Origin: a virus
Virus record (IMG/VR): IMGVR_UViG_3300031521_000001
Direction: 5' to 3' (one strand)
Length of the DNA stretch: 64,000 bases
Shown here: positions 8,761 through 19,253 of the stretch, in pieces
Layout of the letters: every line of letters begins with the position of its first letter
How positions within the stretch are numbered: position 1 is the stretch's first letter
The notes under the pieces: model-generated
Seen by the model: the letters and a program-made list of their open reading frames with translations, nothing else
Database searches by the model: none
Told to the model about the DNA's origin: nothing
Translations under genes and position numbers: made by a program

Positions 8761-11106
8761 ATGAAACCAGTTCTTATTGTAGAACATTGTATGGACGGTC
8801 TTAAACCAATAAATGAACAAGCTGATCAAAAGAAAGGTAATTACATTTTAGGGGGTACTTTTACTGAATTTAATATTAAGAATAGAAACGATAGAATCTA
8901 TACTGCAGAAAAATTCTTACCTCACTTAGATGAATTATTGAGTCGTAAACAACAGCTTGGCGTAGTCTATGGTGAATTTGATCACCCTGATGTGTTCGAC
9001 ACATCGTTAGGAAGAGTTTCGCACACAATCGAAAATGCTGTATTTGATAAAGTATCAAATTCCGTAAAAGGAGAAATTAGATTGTTAAATACCCATTGGG
9101 GTAAAGAAGCGAAAGCACTTGTTGATGATGGTTGTCCTATTTTCGTATCATCTAGAGCCGCGGGCATCACCGAATCAGATGGTACAGTTACTGTTAAAAA
9201 ATTATTTACATATGATGCAGTTGCAGATCCAGGCTTCAGTTCAGCTAGAATGGAAGTCAAATCATTAAATGAAAGTTATGGATTTAGTGACAAAGATTAC
9301 TTTAGGATATATGATTTATCCGACGAGTCAAAAATAAATGAATTATTCCAAATGAACGAAGACTTTGTAACAAAAAAACAAATGACAGAGTATTCTAATT
9401 ATTTAACAGAAGAAATTGAAACCTTTAAATTGAAAATTAATGACATGGTTAAAGGTAAAAATGTCGATTTTGATCCTGCCAAATTAGAAAGTGTACTTGA
9501 TTATTACGAACAATTACATGAACAACAATCAAAAATGGTAAAATATTTAGATTATCTTGCAGAAAGTATGCAATTTGTTGTAAATGAAAATGTTCAATTG
9601 AAAAAAACAACAACAGATTTAATTAAACACAATGATTATCTTGCTGAAAACATTGAAAAAATAGGAAACTATTCAGAATATTTAGCTGAAAATCTTGACA
9701 AATCTATTGATTATGGTAAATATATTGCAGAAACTTTAGATAAAAATATTGATTTCTCAGAATATATAGCCGAACATGTAGATAAAAATATCAAATATTC
9801 AGAATACATTGCTGAAAATCTTGACAAATCTATTGACTATTCAGAATACATTGCTGAAAATCTTGACAGTTCTATTGTTTATTCAGAATATTTAGCTGAA
9901 AATCTAGATAATTCTATTGTTTATTCAGAATATGTAGCTGAAAATCTTGACAATAATATTGCATATTCAGAATACATTGCTGAACACGTAGATAACAACA
10001 TATCTTATTCAGAATATATAGCTGAAAATCTTGATGATTCTATGGCTTATACAAATTACATCGCTGAAAGTTTGGATAAAACTATCGAAAAATCAAAACT
10101 TCTTACAGAAAAATTAAAAACTGGTAAAGTACTTGAAAATTTTGAATTCATAACAGAAGATGAAAATACTAAAGATATTGACATTAATGGATATTATGAA
10201 GATCAAGCTCCTACAATGGAAGGTCCAGCAGCAGAACCTGCTCAACCAACGACAGATCAGCCTATTACTCGACCAGTACAAGGTGAAGAAGTAGAAGGAG
10301 AAGGAGAAGAAGTTGAAGCTCAACCAGCTGTAGAAGGTGAACTACCAACAGAAGAACCAATTGAACCAACAGTTGAAGAACCAGTTCAAGGTGAAACTGA
10401 AGAAGGCGGATTACCAACACCAGGAGAAACAATTGCAGTAGGTGACAAAACAGGTGAAGTACTTGCAACTAATCCACAAAATGGTATGGTTGTTATACAA
10501 TTGGACACTGAAGAAGAACCAGTTGAAGTACATGAATCTAAAATCACAAGACTAGGAAGCAAAGTACAAAAAATCGGAAACTCATTAAACGAAAGTATAA
10601 ATAATTTGATCAATGAAACTAAAAAAAGAAAAGCTTCAGAAAATGATCAACCAAATTTTATGATGTTCTTAACAGAAAAAAGAAAAGCTGCTTATTATTC
10701 ACTATCTAACGAAGACAAAATTAAAGTAAAAATGATGTTGAAAGAAAGTGAAGGTAAATATACAAGTGAAGTTCAAGTTATATCACTTATGAATGAAGCT
10801 CTTTCTCCAAAAAGAAAATCATTTAATGATTTATTAATTGAATCAATGCCATCTGAATTAACCATTATATGGGAAAAATTAGATGTAACTATTAAAAACC
10901 AAGTGTTGGCAACAGCAAGATTATTTCCCTCTTTAGATACAGTACAAAAATTTGAGAGTTTTTGGTATAGTAGAGACTTAGCACGTTACACAAACGAAAA
11001 ACCTGCAAAACAATTAATTACAGAAAATCATATCGTAGATGGCTCAAAATTGAGTGAATCACAGATTGATTATTTCAAATCAGCCTTTGATAAATTGAAT
11101 TCTTAA
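8761..11106 (+). CDS. gp21: Prohead protease (gp21-like) fused to a scaffold/core domain
   Basis: KNRNDRIY, GEFDHP, VSH, VSSRAAG, TYDAVADPGFSSA give the S77/U9-type protease core; then a coiled-coil repeat region and an acidic linker. Confidence 0.88.
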   Translation: MKPVLIVEHCMDGLKPINEQADQKKGNYILGGTFTEFNIKNRNDRIYTAEKFLPHLDELLSRKQQLGVVYGEFDHPDVFDTSLGRVSHTIENAVFDKVSNSVKGEIRLLNTHWGKEAKALVDDGCPIFVSSRAAGITESDGTVTVKKLFTYDAVADPGFSSARMEVKSLNESYGFSDKDYFRIYDLSDESKINELFQMNEDFVTKKQMTEYSNYLTEEIETFKLKINDMVKGKNVDFDPAKLESVLDYYEQLHEQQSKMVKYLDYLAESMQFVVNENVQLKKTTTDLIKHNDYLAENIEKIGNYSEYLAENLDKSIDYGKYIAETLDKNIDFSEYIAEHVDKNIKYSEYIAENLDKSIDYSEYIAENLDSSIVYSEYLAENLDNSIVYSEYVAENLDNNIAYSEYIAEHVDNNISYSEYIAENLDDSMAYTNYIAESLDKTIEKSKLLTEKLKTGKVLENFEFITEDENTKDIDINGYYEDQAPTMEGPAAEPAQPTTDQPITRPVQGEEVEGEGEEVEAQPAVEGELPTEEPIEPTVEEPVQGETEEGGLPTPGETIAVGDKTGEVLATNPQNGMVVIQLDTEEEPVEVHESKITRLGSKVQKIGNSLNESINNLINETKKRKASENDQPNFMMFLTEKRKAAYYSLSNEDKIKVKMMLKESEGKYTSEVQVISLMNEALSPKRKSFNDLLIESMPSELTIIWEKLDVTIKNQVLATARLFPSLDTVQKFESFWYSRDLARYTNEKPAKQLITENHIVDGSKLSESQIDYFKSAFDKLNS
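9637..10080 (+). repeat. About 11 degenerate 42-bp (14-aa) repeats Y(I/L/V)AENLDxxIxYSE
   Basis: Visible in both the protein and the DNA (tcagaatacattgctgaaaatcttgac). Confidence 0.9.
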
Positions 11107-11122
11107 AAATAGAAAATTTTTC

Positions 11123-11160
11123 AAAAATAGAAAAAAATGACATTTTTTATAGAATATATA
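11123..11160 (+). promoter_or_regulatory. Second copy of the late promoter/operator motif, upstream of the major capsid gene
   Basis: aaaaatagaaaaaaatgacattttttatagaatatata. Confidence 0.6.
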
Positions 11161-11209
11161 TCATTACTGAAAACAAAGACTTTAATGTCTTAAAAAAATA
11201 ATAAAAAAA

Positions 11210-13042
11210 ATGAATTTAATAATTGACAATCAAAAAGCAGTAGCTAAATGGAAACCAGTTTTAGAAAACTTGGGAGTTGCTGACAATTACAAACAGAGAT
11301 GGATGGCAGAGTATGCTGAAATGCATTCAATGAATGAAAACGTTGCTTATAGTACATTAGGTAACATGAATGGTATGGGTGCTGTACAAGCAGCTCAACC
11401 AGCAGGAACTCCAGGTTTAGTATGGGGTGATTATGGAGCAGGAACTCCAGGTGGAATTGGTTCTGGTGATATAGGACAAAATTTACTTCCAGTTTCTATG
11501 AAAATCGCTGCTCAAACTATTGGTTTGGACTTAGTTGCTGTTAAACCAGCTTCTTCTCCAAAAGTTGATATGTTGTTCGTAGATTTTAAATATGATAACT
11601 TAGCTGATTCTACATTGAAAGATGAAAGACCAATTATGTTCTCTATTAATATGTCTGATGCAACTGCAAAAGCTAACTTAAACACAGCTTTGAAAGCTTC
11701 TATGGCTCTTAAATTGGATGCTAATGGTATGCCAGTAAGAGAAAGAATTGGTGGCTTAACTGATTCAGTTTATGTTCACTTATCAGGTGGTTCTTTGGCA
11801 ACTCAGGTTCCTAATATCGCTACTACTGCTGCTTATTTTGCATTAGGTGGTGTTGCTACTCCTGCAGATTTAAACGGATTTGATCCAATTTTGATCAACT
11901 ATCCAGCAAATGGTGCCGCTCCAACAAAAGAAGGTTGGATGGAATTTTTAGGATGGTCTCGTATTAATGGTTATCCAATGTTTAGAATTTTCCGTCAATT
12001 CAATCCAGGTTCTAACAACGCAGGTTGGGGATTTGTGAATGATAGAAATACTTTTCCAACTGCTGCTTTCTCTATAGCTGCTATGTTGAATGATGGTGTA
12101 TCTGTTGAAGTTGCATCTGGTACTTCTGCAAAACAAGCAATTGTTTTAAGTGGTGTTACTATTGACTTAGTATCATTGTTAGAAGATCATATTCCTGGTT
12201 TCTCAGCAGGTTGGTATTTGAAACAACCAATGACAAGAGATGAAGACGAAAGAACTTATCCAAACGTTATAGGACCAGATATTTTCACTAAAACTATACA
12301 AGTAGGTGATATCGAAATTTCTAGTTCATTAAAAAGAACTCAAATTGAAGATATTAAAGCTGCAACAGGTATGGACATCGTTCAAAAACTTGAATCAGTT
12401 CTTGTTAATGAGTTGACTCAGACTATTTCAAAACAAATCGTTTCGAAAGTAACTGAATTGGCTGACAAAAATAGAATTGCTTGGACAACTCCTAAGGACT
12501 CCGCTGGTGCTTCTAAATTCGACTTCAATGTTGATAATTATTTGAAAGTTGGTGCAGCTACCCCAGGTGGTGAAACTACTCACTCAATTCAGAGAAAACT
12601 TATTGCTAAAATCAATAATGCTTCTAACTTTATTGCAACTGAAGGTCGTGTAGGACCAGCTCAATACCTTGTAACAAATGGTAATTTGGCTTCTGTAATT
12701 CAGGACGTTGCTGGTTATACTCTTAATCCAGTAAAATCTAACTTAAATGCAAATGGACAATTATTCCCAATGGGAAATATTGGTAACATTTCAATTTATG
12801 TAGATCCTTACCAAAGATGGGATGATAACAGAATATTCTTAGGAAGAAAAAATAGTGTTGAACAGCCAGGTTTGGTATTCGTACCATATTTGATGGCCCA
12901 ATCAATACAGTTAATTTCAGAAGCCACATGGGCCCCAAGAATGTTAATTCGTTCAAGATATGCTGTTGCTGATATTGGATTTTTTCCTTGGAAACAATTC
13001 ATGACATTGTTAGTAACTGATAGTGCAGGTGTACTTATCTAA
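11210..13042 (+). CDS. gp23: Major capsid protein (T4 gp23-like)
   Basis: KWKPVLE start, AQTIGLDLVAVKP, LVNELTQTISKQI, RVGPAQYLVT, IYVDPY, PGLVFVPY and PRMLIRSRYA motifs; follows the protease. Confidence 0.92.
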   Translation: MNLIIDNQKAVAKWKPVLENLGVADNYKQRWMAEYAEMHSMNENVAYSTLGNMNGMGAVQAAQPAGTPGLVWGDYGAGTPGGIGSGDIGQNLLPVSMKIAAQTIGLDLVAVKPASSPKVDMLFVDFKYDNLADSTLKDERPIMFSINMSDATAKANLNTALKASMALKLDANGMPVRERIGGLTDSVYVHLSGGSLATQVPNIATTAAYFALGGVATPADLNGFDPILINYPANGAAPTKEGWMEFLGWSRINGYPMFRIFRQFNPGSNNAGWGFVNDRNTFPTAAFSIAAMLNDGVSVEVASGTSAKQAIVLSGVTIDLVSLLEDHIPGFSAGWYLKQPMTRDEDERTYPNVIGPDIFTKTIQVGDIEISSSLKRTQIEDIKAATGMDIVQKLESVLVNELTQTISKQIVSKVTELADKNRIAWTTPKDSAGASKFDFNVDNYLKVGAATPGGETTHSIQRKLIAKINNASNFIATEGRVGPAQYLVTNGNLASVIQDVAGYTLNPVKSNLNANGQLFPMGNIGNISIYVDPYQRWDDNRIFLGRKNSVEQPGLVFVPYLMAQSIQLISEATWAPRMLIRSRYAVADIGFFPWKQFMTLLVTDSAGVLI

Positions 13043-13059
13043 TAGTTAGTATAATAATT

Positions 13060-13090
13060 AAAAAAGAGAGAATTTATTCTCTCTTTTTTT
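13060..13090. terminator. Terminator after the major capsid gene
   Basis: aaaaaagagagaat-tt-attctctcttttttt. Confidence 0.8.
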
Positions 13091-13190
13091 ATATATACAT
13101 TTGAGCTATTAAAAAATATTCAATTAGTATTTTAATAAAAACATAAACTTTTGTGCTATTAAACACTACGTAATATTAAATAAAAATACT

Positions 13191-13910
13191 ATGTCAAAAA
13201 GAAACAACATACAAGATTTAATTAATAGAGCTAATATAGTTCATAATAATAAATATGATTATTCTCTTGTAAAAAATTATAATTCTATGCATGATTATCA
13301 AGATATTATATGCCCTGTGCATGGAATATTTAGTTTACCTTTACATTGGCATATAAATAAAGGAAGAGGTTGTAAAAAATGCGCTATTTATAATGTTACA
13401 GACACAAGAGAAATATTTATAGATAAATCGAATAAAATACACAATTTTAAATACAATTATGATAAAGTTGACTATATTACGAGTAGAAAAAAAGTTATAA
13501 TAACTTGCTTAATACATGGCGATTTTTATCAAAAACCATGTGATCATATTAATTCTAAACAAGGATGTCCAATTTGCAACGAATCAAAAGGTGAAGCGTT
13601 AATATCTAATATATTAAAATCTTTTGATGTTTATTTTAAAAGAGAAAAAACTTTTCCTGATTTGAAATATAAATCATTGTTATATTATGATTTTTATTTA
13701 CCTGACTATAATGTTTGTATTGAGTATGATGGTGAGCAACATTTCAAATCAATTAGTCATTGGGGAGGTGATAAATTATTTAAAAAATTGAAATTGAGAG
13801 ATAATTTAAAAAACGAGTATTGTAAAAATAATAATATTACTCTGTTACGGTTAAAATATACTGAATCAGAAATTGATATTAAATATAAAATACAAAACAT
13901 ATTAATTTAA
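13191..13910 (+). CDS. Free-standing endonuclease (DUF723-like CxxHG repeats + PD-(D/E)XK domain)
   Basis: HNNKYDYS..ICPVHG..GCxxC twice; ESKGE, YDFYLP, CIEYDGEQHF, KNEYC. Confidence 0.75.
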   Translation: MSKRNNIQDLINRANIVHNNKYDYSLVKNYNSMHDYQDIICPVHGIFSLPLHWHINKGRGCKKCAIYNVTDTREIFIDKSNKIHNFKYNYDKVDYITSRKKVIITCLIHGDFYQKPCDHINSKQGCPICNESKGEALISNILKSFDVYFKREKTFPDLKYKSLLYYDFYLPDYNVCIEYDGEQHFKSISHWGGDKLFKKLKLRDNLKNEYCKNNNITLLRLKYTESEIDIKYKIQNILI

Positions 13911-13931
13911 AATTTTTTATACAACAAAATT

Positions 13932-15605
13932 ATGATAATAAAAAATAACATAGAAATAAAAACAACAAATAAAAATATTGAATATTATACCAGGTTGGGA
14001 TATAATATAAAATCTGGTGATATTATAACAATAAATGTACATGAATTACCAAAAACATCAAAACAAAAAATTGAAGTTTCTTGTGATAATTGCGATGAAA
14101 AATATACAATATCTTATTTTTCATATTTGAGAAATATAAAAGAAGATAAAGTTTATCATTGTAAAAAATGTTCAGGAATAAGGAGTAAAGAGACTAATTT
14201 GAATAAATATGGTGTAATACATCCATCACAGTTAGATGAATTTAAAGAAAAAACACAAAACACAAATTTAAAGAAATATGGAGTCAAATATTCTATGCAA
14301 AATACTGAAATTAAAAATAAATTTAAAGCTACAATAAAACAGAAGTCATCAAATATTATATTTGAAAAATATGGTGTATATAGTCCAGCACAAAATAGTG
14401 ATGTATATCAAAAGATGATGAAAAATGGCTTACACATTTATAAATTCAAAGACACAGATATTTATTATCAAGGAGAATATGAATTAGATTTTTTAAATAA
14501 GTATTTTGAAATAATAGAAATAAAAAGAGGAAGTTCTATAAAATACATTTTCAATAATAAAGAATTTATATATTTTCCTGATTTTTATAATGAGAAATTA
14601 AATTTAATAATAGAAATAAAATCATCTTATTGGTATGATAAACATAAAGATAAGAATATAGCAAAACAATTAGCATGTAAAGAACAAGGATATAATTTTA
14701 TTTTTATTATTGATAAGAATTATGATATATTCAGTAAGATAGTAGAATCTATAACATACACTAAAGAACATTGTTGGCAGTATGACATTAGATTAAATAC
14801 ATTGAAAGATGATATCATAAAAATTGACTTTGATTATAAAAATCTTAAAATTTCTGACTTTAATTTTGAATTTATAGATAAAGATGATTCAAGAACAAAA
14901 GACATTGTAACGTTCATTAAAAAATATGAGTGGCTTGGTAAGATGCCAAATAGACCGACTCACAGATTTATTGCAACATATAAAGGCATGATGGCAGGAG
15001 CAATTGTTATGTCCACCCCAAATGCATTTTCTAATATATTAGGTGATAATACATCAGATATTGAAAAATTGATAAGCAGAGGCGCTTGTGCATCTTGGAC
15101 ACCAAAGAACTTAGCAAGTGCATTAATAATGTGGTCAATTAAATGGATGGTTAAAAATACAGAATTTAGATTATTTGAAGCATATGCTGACACTGAAGCA
15201 AAAGAACTTGGCACAATTTATCAAGCTTGCAATTTTTATTATCTTGGTAACAATTTTGGATCAACTAAATTATATTTTGATCCTGAAAATATTGATAAAG
15301 GATGGGTTAATAGTAGAGGATTTAGAAAATTGAATTTTTATAAGTCTTATTTAAAATCAATTAATATTACATGGCAAGATGATTGGAACAAAAAAACAAA
15401 AATATTATGGGAAAATATTTCAGATAAAATTTCAGAATTAATGAAAACACATTCAATTGAATCTATAAACAAATGTCATATGAGAACTATAAATCATAAG
15501 CATAAATATATTTATATATTGGGTGAAAATAACAGAGAAACAAAAAAATTAAGAAATAAATTCAAATCTACAAATATGAATTATAATTATCCAAAAAATA
15601 GGTAA
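13932..15605 (+). CDS. Zn finger/KYG-repeat nuclease (YFPDF..IIEIKS) fused to a Mom-like DNA-modifying GNAT domain
   Basis: CDNC/CKKC, KYGV repeats; C-term LISRGAC..PKNLAS..AYAD..ELGTIYQACNFYYLG resembles the Mu Mom family. Confidence 0.7.
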   Translation: MIIKNNIEIKTTNKNIEYYTRLGYNIKSGDIITINVHELPKTSKQKIEVSCDNCDEKYTISYFSYLRNIKEDKVYHCKKCSGIRSKETNLNKYGVIHPSQLDEFKEKTQNTNLKKYGVKYSMQNTEIKNKFKATIKQKSSNIIFEKYGVYSPAQNSDVYQKMMKNGLHIYKFKDTDIYYQGEYELDFLNKYFEIIEIKRGSSIKYIFNNKEFIYFPDFYNEKLNLIIEIKSSYWYDKHKDKNIAKQLACKEQGYNFIFIIDKNYDIFSKIVESITYTKEHCWQYDIRLNTLKDDIIKIDFDYKNLKISDFNFEFIDKDDSRTKDIVTFIKKYEWLGKMPNRPTHRFIATYKGMMAGAIVMSTPNAFSNILGDNTSDIEKLISRGACASWTPKNLASALIMWSIKWMVKNTEFRLFEAYADTEAKELGTIYQACNFYYLGNNFGSTKLYFDPENIDKGWVNSRGFRKLNFYKSYLKSINITWQDDWNKKTKILWENISDKISELMKTHSIESINKCHMRTINHKHKYIYILGENNRETKKLRNKFKSTNMNYNYPKNR

Positions 15606-15607
15606 TT

Positions 15608-15635
15608 AAAAAGAGAGAATAAATTCTCTCTTTTT
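15608..15635. terminator. Bidirectional terminator
   Basis: aaaaagagagaat-aa-attctctcttttt between convergent genes. Confidence 0.75.
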
Positions 15636-15640
15636 AATTT

Positions 15641-16375
15641 TTATAATGTTTTAAATCCATGATATGATATAATACCATTTTCATTGACTGTTATATACTT
15701 CTTCATACGAAATATTAAAAATTCTTTTATATCTTCTATTTCAAATGGAATATCGTAATCAAAATTATAGTTATTATCAATATAATAAAATTTATCAGTA
15801 TCAAAATAAATTAAATCAGTTTTTAATTTTAGCTTAATATCATCAAGCATTAAAGATTTGTATTTATCAAAGTTATAAATATTATGAGAATTTATTTTTG
15901 TTATTTTATCACTGACCAATAATCCATAAAATGTATTTATCATTATTTTAACAATTACATACACATCAGTATTTTTAAAATGTTTTCTATTGACATATAA
16001 ATATTTAAATAATAAATAGTAATTCATATTATTTATAGAAATAATATTATTATCAACTAATTTCACTATTAAGGCTGGATAAAAAGAATAAAATGTTAAG
16101 CATTTAATATTTCTACAAATTTTTTCTTTATAAAATTCATTAAGATATATATTAGATGATATGTCTTTATTATTATCTTTATAAAATTTTAAAACTTCCA
16201 CCTCATTCACACTAGACTCAATACATAAATCATTCATGTCAATTTTTTTAAATATATCATCTGATATTTCAAACCATACATCTTGAAGTGATTTTGTTTT
16301 ACTGACACCAGAAGTTGGTGTTAGGTTATTTTTAATATAATATTCTTTTAGAATATTGTAAATTTTTTCATTCAT
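15641..16375 (-). CDS. Minimal/degenerate family-B DNA polymerase palm-like protein
   Basis: TFYSFYPALI (motif A-like), KIMINTFYG (motif B), YFDTDK (motif C) and KKY in order; only 244 aa. Confidence 0.65.
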   Translation of the reverse strand: MNEKIYNILKEYYIKNNLTPTSGVSKTKSLQDVWFEISDDIFKKIDMNDLCIESSVNEVEVLKFYKDNNKDISSNIYLNEFYKEKICRNIKCLTFYSFYPALIVKLVDNNIISINNMNYYLLFKYLYVNRKHFKNTDVYVIVKIMINTFYGLLVSDKITKINSHNIYNFDKYKSLMLDDIKLKLKTDLIYFDTDKFYYIDNNYNFDYDIPFEIEDIKEFLIFRMKKYITVNENGIISYHGFKTL

Positions 16376-16515
16376 ATATTTTTGATTAATTTTTGAAATT
16401 ATCTTAACCTAATTTGAAGTCATCTAATATTAGGTAATAATCTATTCATTTTATAGAAATAAACAAAAAAAGTTTTTTATTTTAATATATAGAATTATAA
16501 AAAAAATAATATAAT

Positions 16516-16893
16516 ATGCTAACTCAATTTGACAACTATATAAATGAATTTTATACTGGTAAATTTGCATCTGCTGGATTTAAAAGTAATGAACCAACAA
16601 ATGAATATGATTTCAGTGTTGATATAAAATATAGCAAAGAAAATGAAGATAAAATAAAGAATGATATTTTATCCAAATATAATATTCCTTATAATGATTT
16701 ATCATTTGAAAGATTTGGTGATACTCAAACACTAAAATTGAAATTTTTATCTTATAGCAATTGGGAAGCAGCTTCAATAGTAACAACTTTTTTAGATGAG
16801 CTAGTAGATCATGAAATTCCTTTTGACTCCAGAACAATTGATGTACCTACATTAAGAAAAGAAGATAGAACCAAAGTTACTGGATTCAAATAA
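16516..16893 (+). CDS. Hypothetical protein with CTS-like N-terminus (MLTQFDNYINE)
   Basis: ORF with an upstream TTTTAATATATA motif. Confidence 0.55.
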   Translation: MLTQFDNYINEFYTGKFASAGFKSNEPTNEYDFSVDIKYSKENEDKIKNDILSKYNIPYNDLSFERFGDTQTLKLKFLSYSNWEAASIVTTFLDELVDHEIPFDSRTIDVPTLRKEDRTKVTGFK

Positions 16894-17017
16894 TTTTAAA
16901 CTTTTCTATTTATTTAAATTATAATTATCAATGATAAATATAATTATATTTTTCAAGTGATAATCATTATCTATTGAAACCATTGTCACATTCAATGAAA
17001 TATAATTTAAAAAATGA

Positions 17018-17698
17018 ATGATATTGATGAAACTATTAATTAAATTTCCAACTAGAAACAGACCAACTAAATTTTTAGAAGTTTTAGATTTATATTATAA
17101 AAATATTAATAATATAGAACTCACAGAATTTTGTATTTCAATAGATGAAGATGATTTATCTATGAACAATGAAGATATTCTTTCAAAACTAGATAATTAT
17201 GAAAATTTGAGTGTATTTATTGGGAATTCTGAGTCAAAAATAGAAGCTTGTAACTCTGATATAAATGAAATAGAAGATTGGGATATAGTATTATTAGCAT
17301 CTGATGATATGATTCCTCAGATTAAAGGATATGATGATATAATAAGATACAATATGGAAAAATATTATTCAAATACTGATGGAGTTTTATGGTTTTTTGA
17401 TGGCAACAGAAGAGATATAAACACACTTTGTATATTAGGAAAGAAATACTATAATAGATTTGGATATATTTACCACAAAGGGTATAAGAGCTTCTATTGT
17501 GATGATGAATTCACTAAGGTCGCAAACAAATTAAACAAACAAACATTTATAGAAGAAACAATCATAAAGCATGAACATCCAGACATACCTGAATTTAGAA
17601 ATCAATTTGATGATTTGTATGCAAAAAACAATAAATACTATCAAACAGATTATAATTTCTTTCAATTAAGGCAAAAAAACAAATTTGGATTAAAATGA
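17018..17698 (+). CDS. GT-A fold glycosyltransferase
   Basis: KFPTRNRP, WDIVLLASDDMIP, YKSFYCDDE, HEHP; the real start is probably 17027. Confidence 0.7.
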   Translation: MILMKLLIKFPTRNRPTKFLEVLDLYYKNINNIELTEFCISIDEDDLSMNNEDILSKLDNYENLSVFIGNSESKIEACNSDINEIEDWDIVLLASDDMIPQIKGYDDIIRYNMEKYYSNTDGVLWFFDGNRRDINTLCILGKKYYNRFGYIYHKGYKSFYCDDEFTKVANKLNKQTFIEETIIKHEHPDIPEFRNQFDDLYAKNNKYYQTDYNFFQLRQKNKFGLK

Positions 17699-18354
17699 AA
17701 AAGATAATATCATTTAGTTTATGGGGAGATGATCCTAAATATTGCATAGGAGCAATAAAAAATGCAAAATTAACTAATCAAATCTATCCAGGATGGACTT
17801 CTAGATTCTACTGTGGTAAAAGCGTACCATCTAATATAATTGAACAATTAATAGAAATACAAAATTGTGAAGTTTTAATTGTGGACGAATTAGGAAATTG
17901 GTCAGGTATGTTTTGGAGATTTTTAGCTGCTAGTGATAGTGATGTTGACGTTATGATAAGTAGAGATTGTGATTCAAGATTAAATTTAAGAGAAAAATCT
18001 GCAGTTGATCAATGGATGAAAAGCAGTAAAGAATTTCATATAATGAGAGATCATCCCTGGCACACAGCCCTAATATTAGGTGGAATGTGGGGAGTAAAAT
18101 ATCCAAAATTGAACAACATGATAACACTTGTTGATAAATATTCAAAAGGTGATTTTTGGCAAGTTGATCAGAATTTTTTAAAAGAAATAATATATCCAAT
18201 AATTCAAAATGATTGTATGATACACGATGAATTTTTCATAACTAATTCAAATAGATTACCATTCCCATCTAATAGAATTGGTCAAGAATTTGTAGGAGAA
18301 AGTTTTGATGAAAATGATAATCCAAACTTAATTCATAGAAGTAAGATAAATTAA
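17695..18354 (+). CDS. Putative glycosyltransferase-like protein
   Basis: SFSLWG, GMFWRFLA, ISRDCDSRL (DxD), HIMRDHPWH, LGGMWG, DQNFL. Confidence 0.65.
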   Translation: MKKIISFSLWGDDPKYCIGAIKNAKLTNQIYPGWTSRFYCGKSVPSNIIEQLIEIQNCEVLIVDELGNWSGMFWRFLAASDSDVDVMISRDCDSRLNLREKSAVDQWMKSSKEFHIMRDHPWHTALILGGMWGVKYPKLNNMITLVDKYSKGDFWQVDQNFLKEIIYPIIQNDCMIHDEFFITNSNRLPFPSNRIGQEFVGESFDENDNPNLIHRSKIN

Positions 18355-18362
18355 TTTAATTT

Positions 18363-19253
18363 ATGTATAAAAACAATAAAATAGACGAATTAAATGATAT
18401 TTCATATTATGAAAATTATGGAATAGAAAAATCATTAAATTTTGCGAAAACTCTAACTGAAGAATATACAGATAACATAAATTTTTATTTATATTGGATA
18501 GGTAATAATGTAAATTATAAGCATTATGTAGTTTTAAAATCTTTTTTAGCAACTCAGAATTTAGAAATATGTAAACTTATAATATACAGTGATGTCAAAC
18601 TTGAAAATAATATTATTTTTGACGAATTCAAAAAATTCAAAAATAATATCGAATTTAGAATATTTGATGTTTATGAAGAAACTAAAAATACATTATTAGA
18701 AAATTTTAATTATTTATCAAAAATAAAAAATCATGAATTAAACCCTGCATTAGAAAGTGATTTTTTTAGATTACTAATTTTAAATAAATACGGAGGATTA
18801 TATTGTGATTTCGATATTTTATTTTTAAGAGATATGAGTCCATTATTAAAATATGAATTTGTATATAAATGGGAGAATTATAAAGCTTGCTCATATTTAA
18901 ATGGAGCTGTGATGAGATTATTTAAGAATAGTGAATTATCAATACAAATGATAAAAGAAATGATAAACAAAGAACCTTTAATAGGATCATTATGTTGGGC
19001 ATCAGAAGTGTATTGTTCTGTCGCTAAATATAATAACAATTTAATAGTTTTTCCAGCATCATTTTTTAATCCAGAATGGCAATTATCTATACCAATAAAT
19101 GGATTTGAAATATATAAATATAGTGAAGAATTATATGATGGTAGTTTTACATGGCATTGGCACAATAGATGGGAAAGTACAATAGAAAAAAATTCAAAAT
19201 TTGATATTTTAGATAATATAATTAACAAAAAATTAAAATTAAAATATGATTGA
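18363..19253 (+). CDS. GT32-like DxD glycosyltransferase
   Basis: SDFFRLLILNKYGGLYCDFD signature. Confidence 0.8.
   Translation: MYKNNKIDELNDISYYENYGIEKSLNFAKTLTEEYTDNINFYLYWIGNNVNYKHYVVLKSFLATQNLEICKLIIYSDVKLENNIIFDEFKKFKNNIEFRIFDVYEETKNTLLENFNYLSKIKNHELNPALESDFFRLLILNKYGGLYCDFDILFLRDMSPLLKYEFVYKWENYKACSYLNGAVMRLFKNSELSIQMIKEMINKEPLIGSLCWASEVYCSVAKYNNNLIVFPASFFNPEWQLSIPINGFEIYKYSEELYDGSFTWHWHNRWESTIEKNSKFDILDNIINKKLKLKYD

Noticed and set aside
9637-10080. Regularly spaced repeats resembling a CRISPR array
   Set aside because: Degenerate, in-frame 42-bp coding repeats without unique spacers; no cas genes
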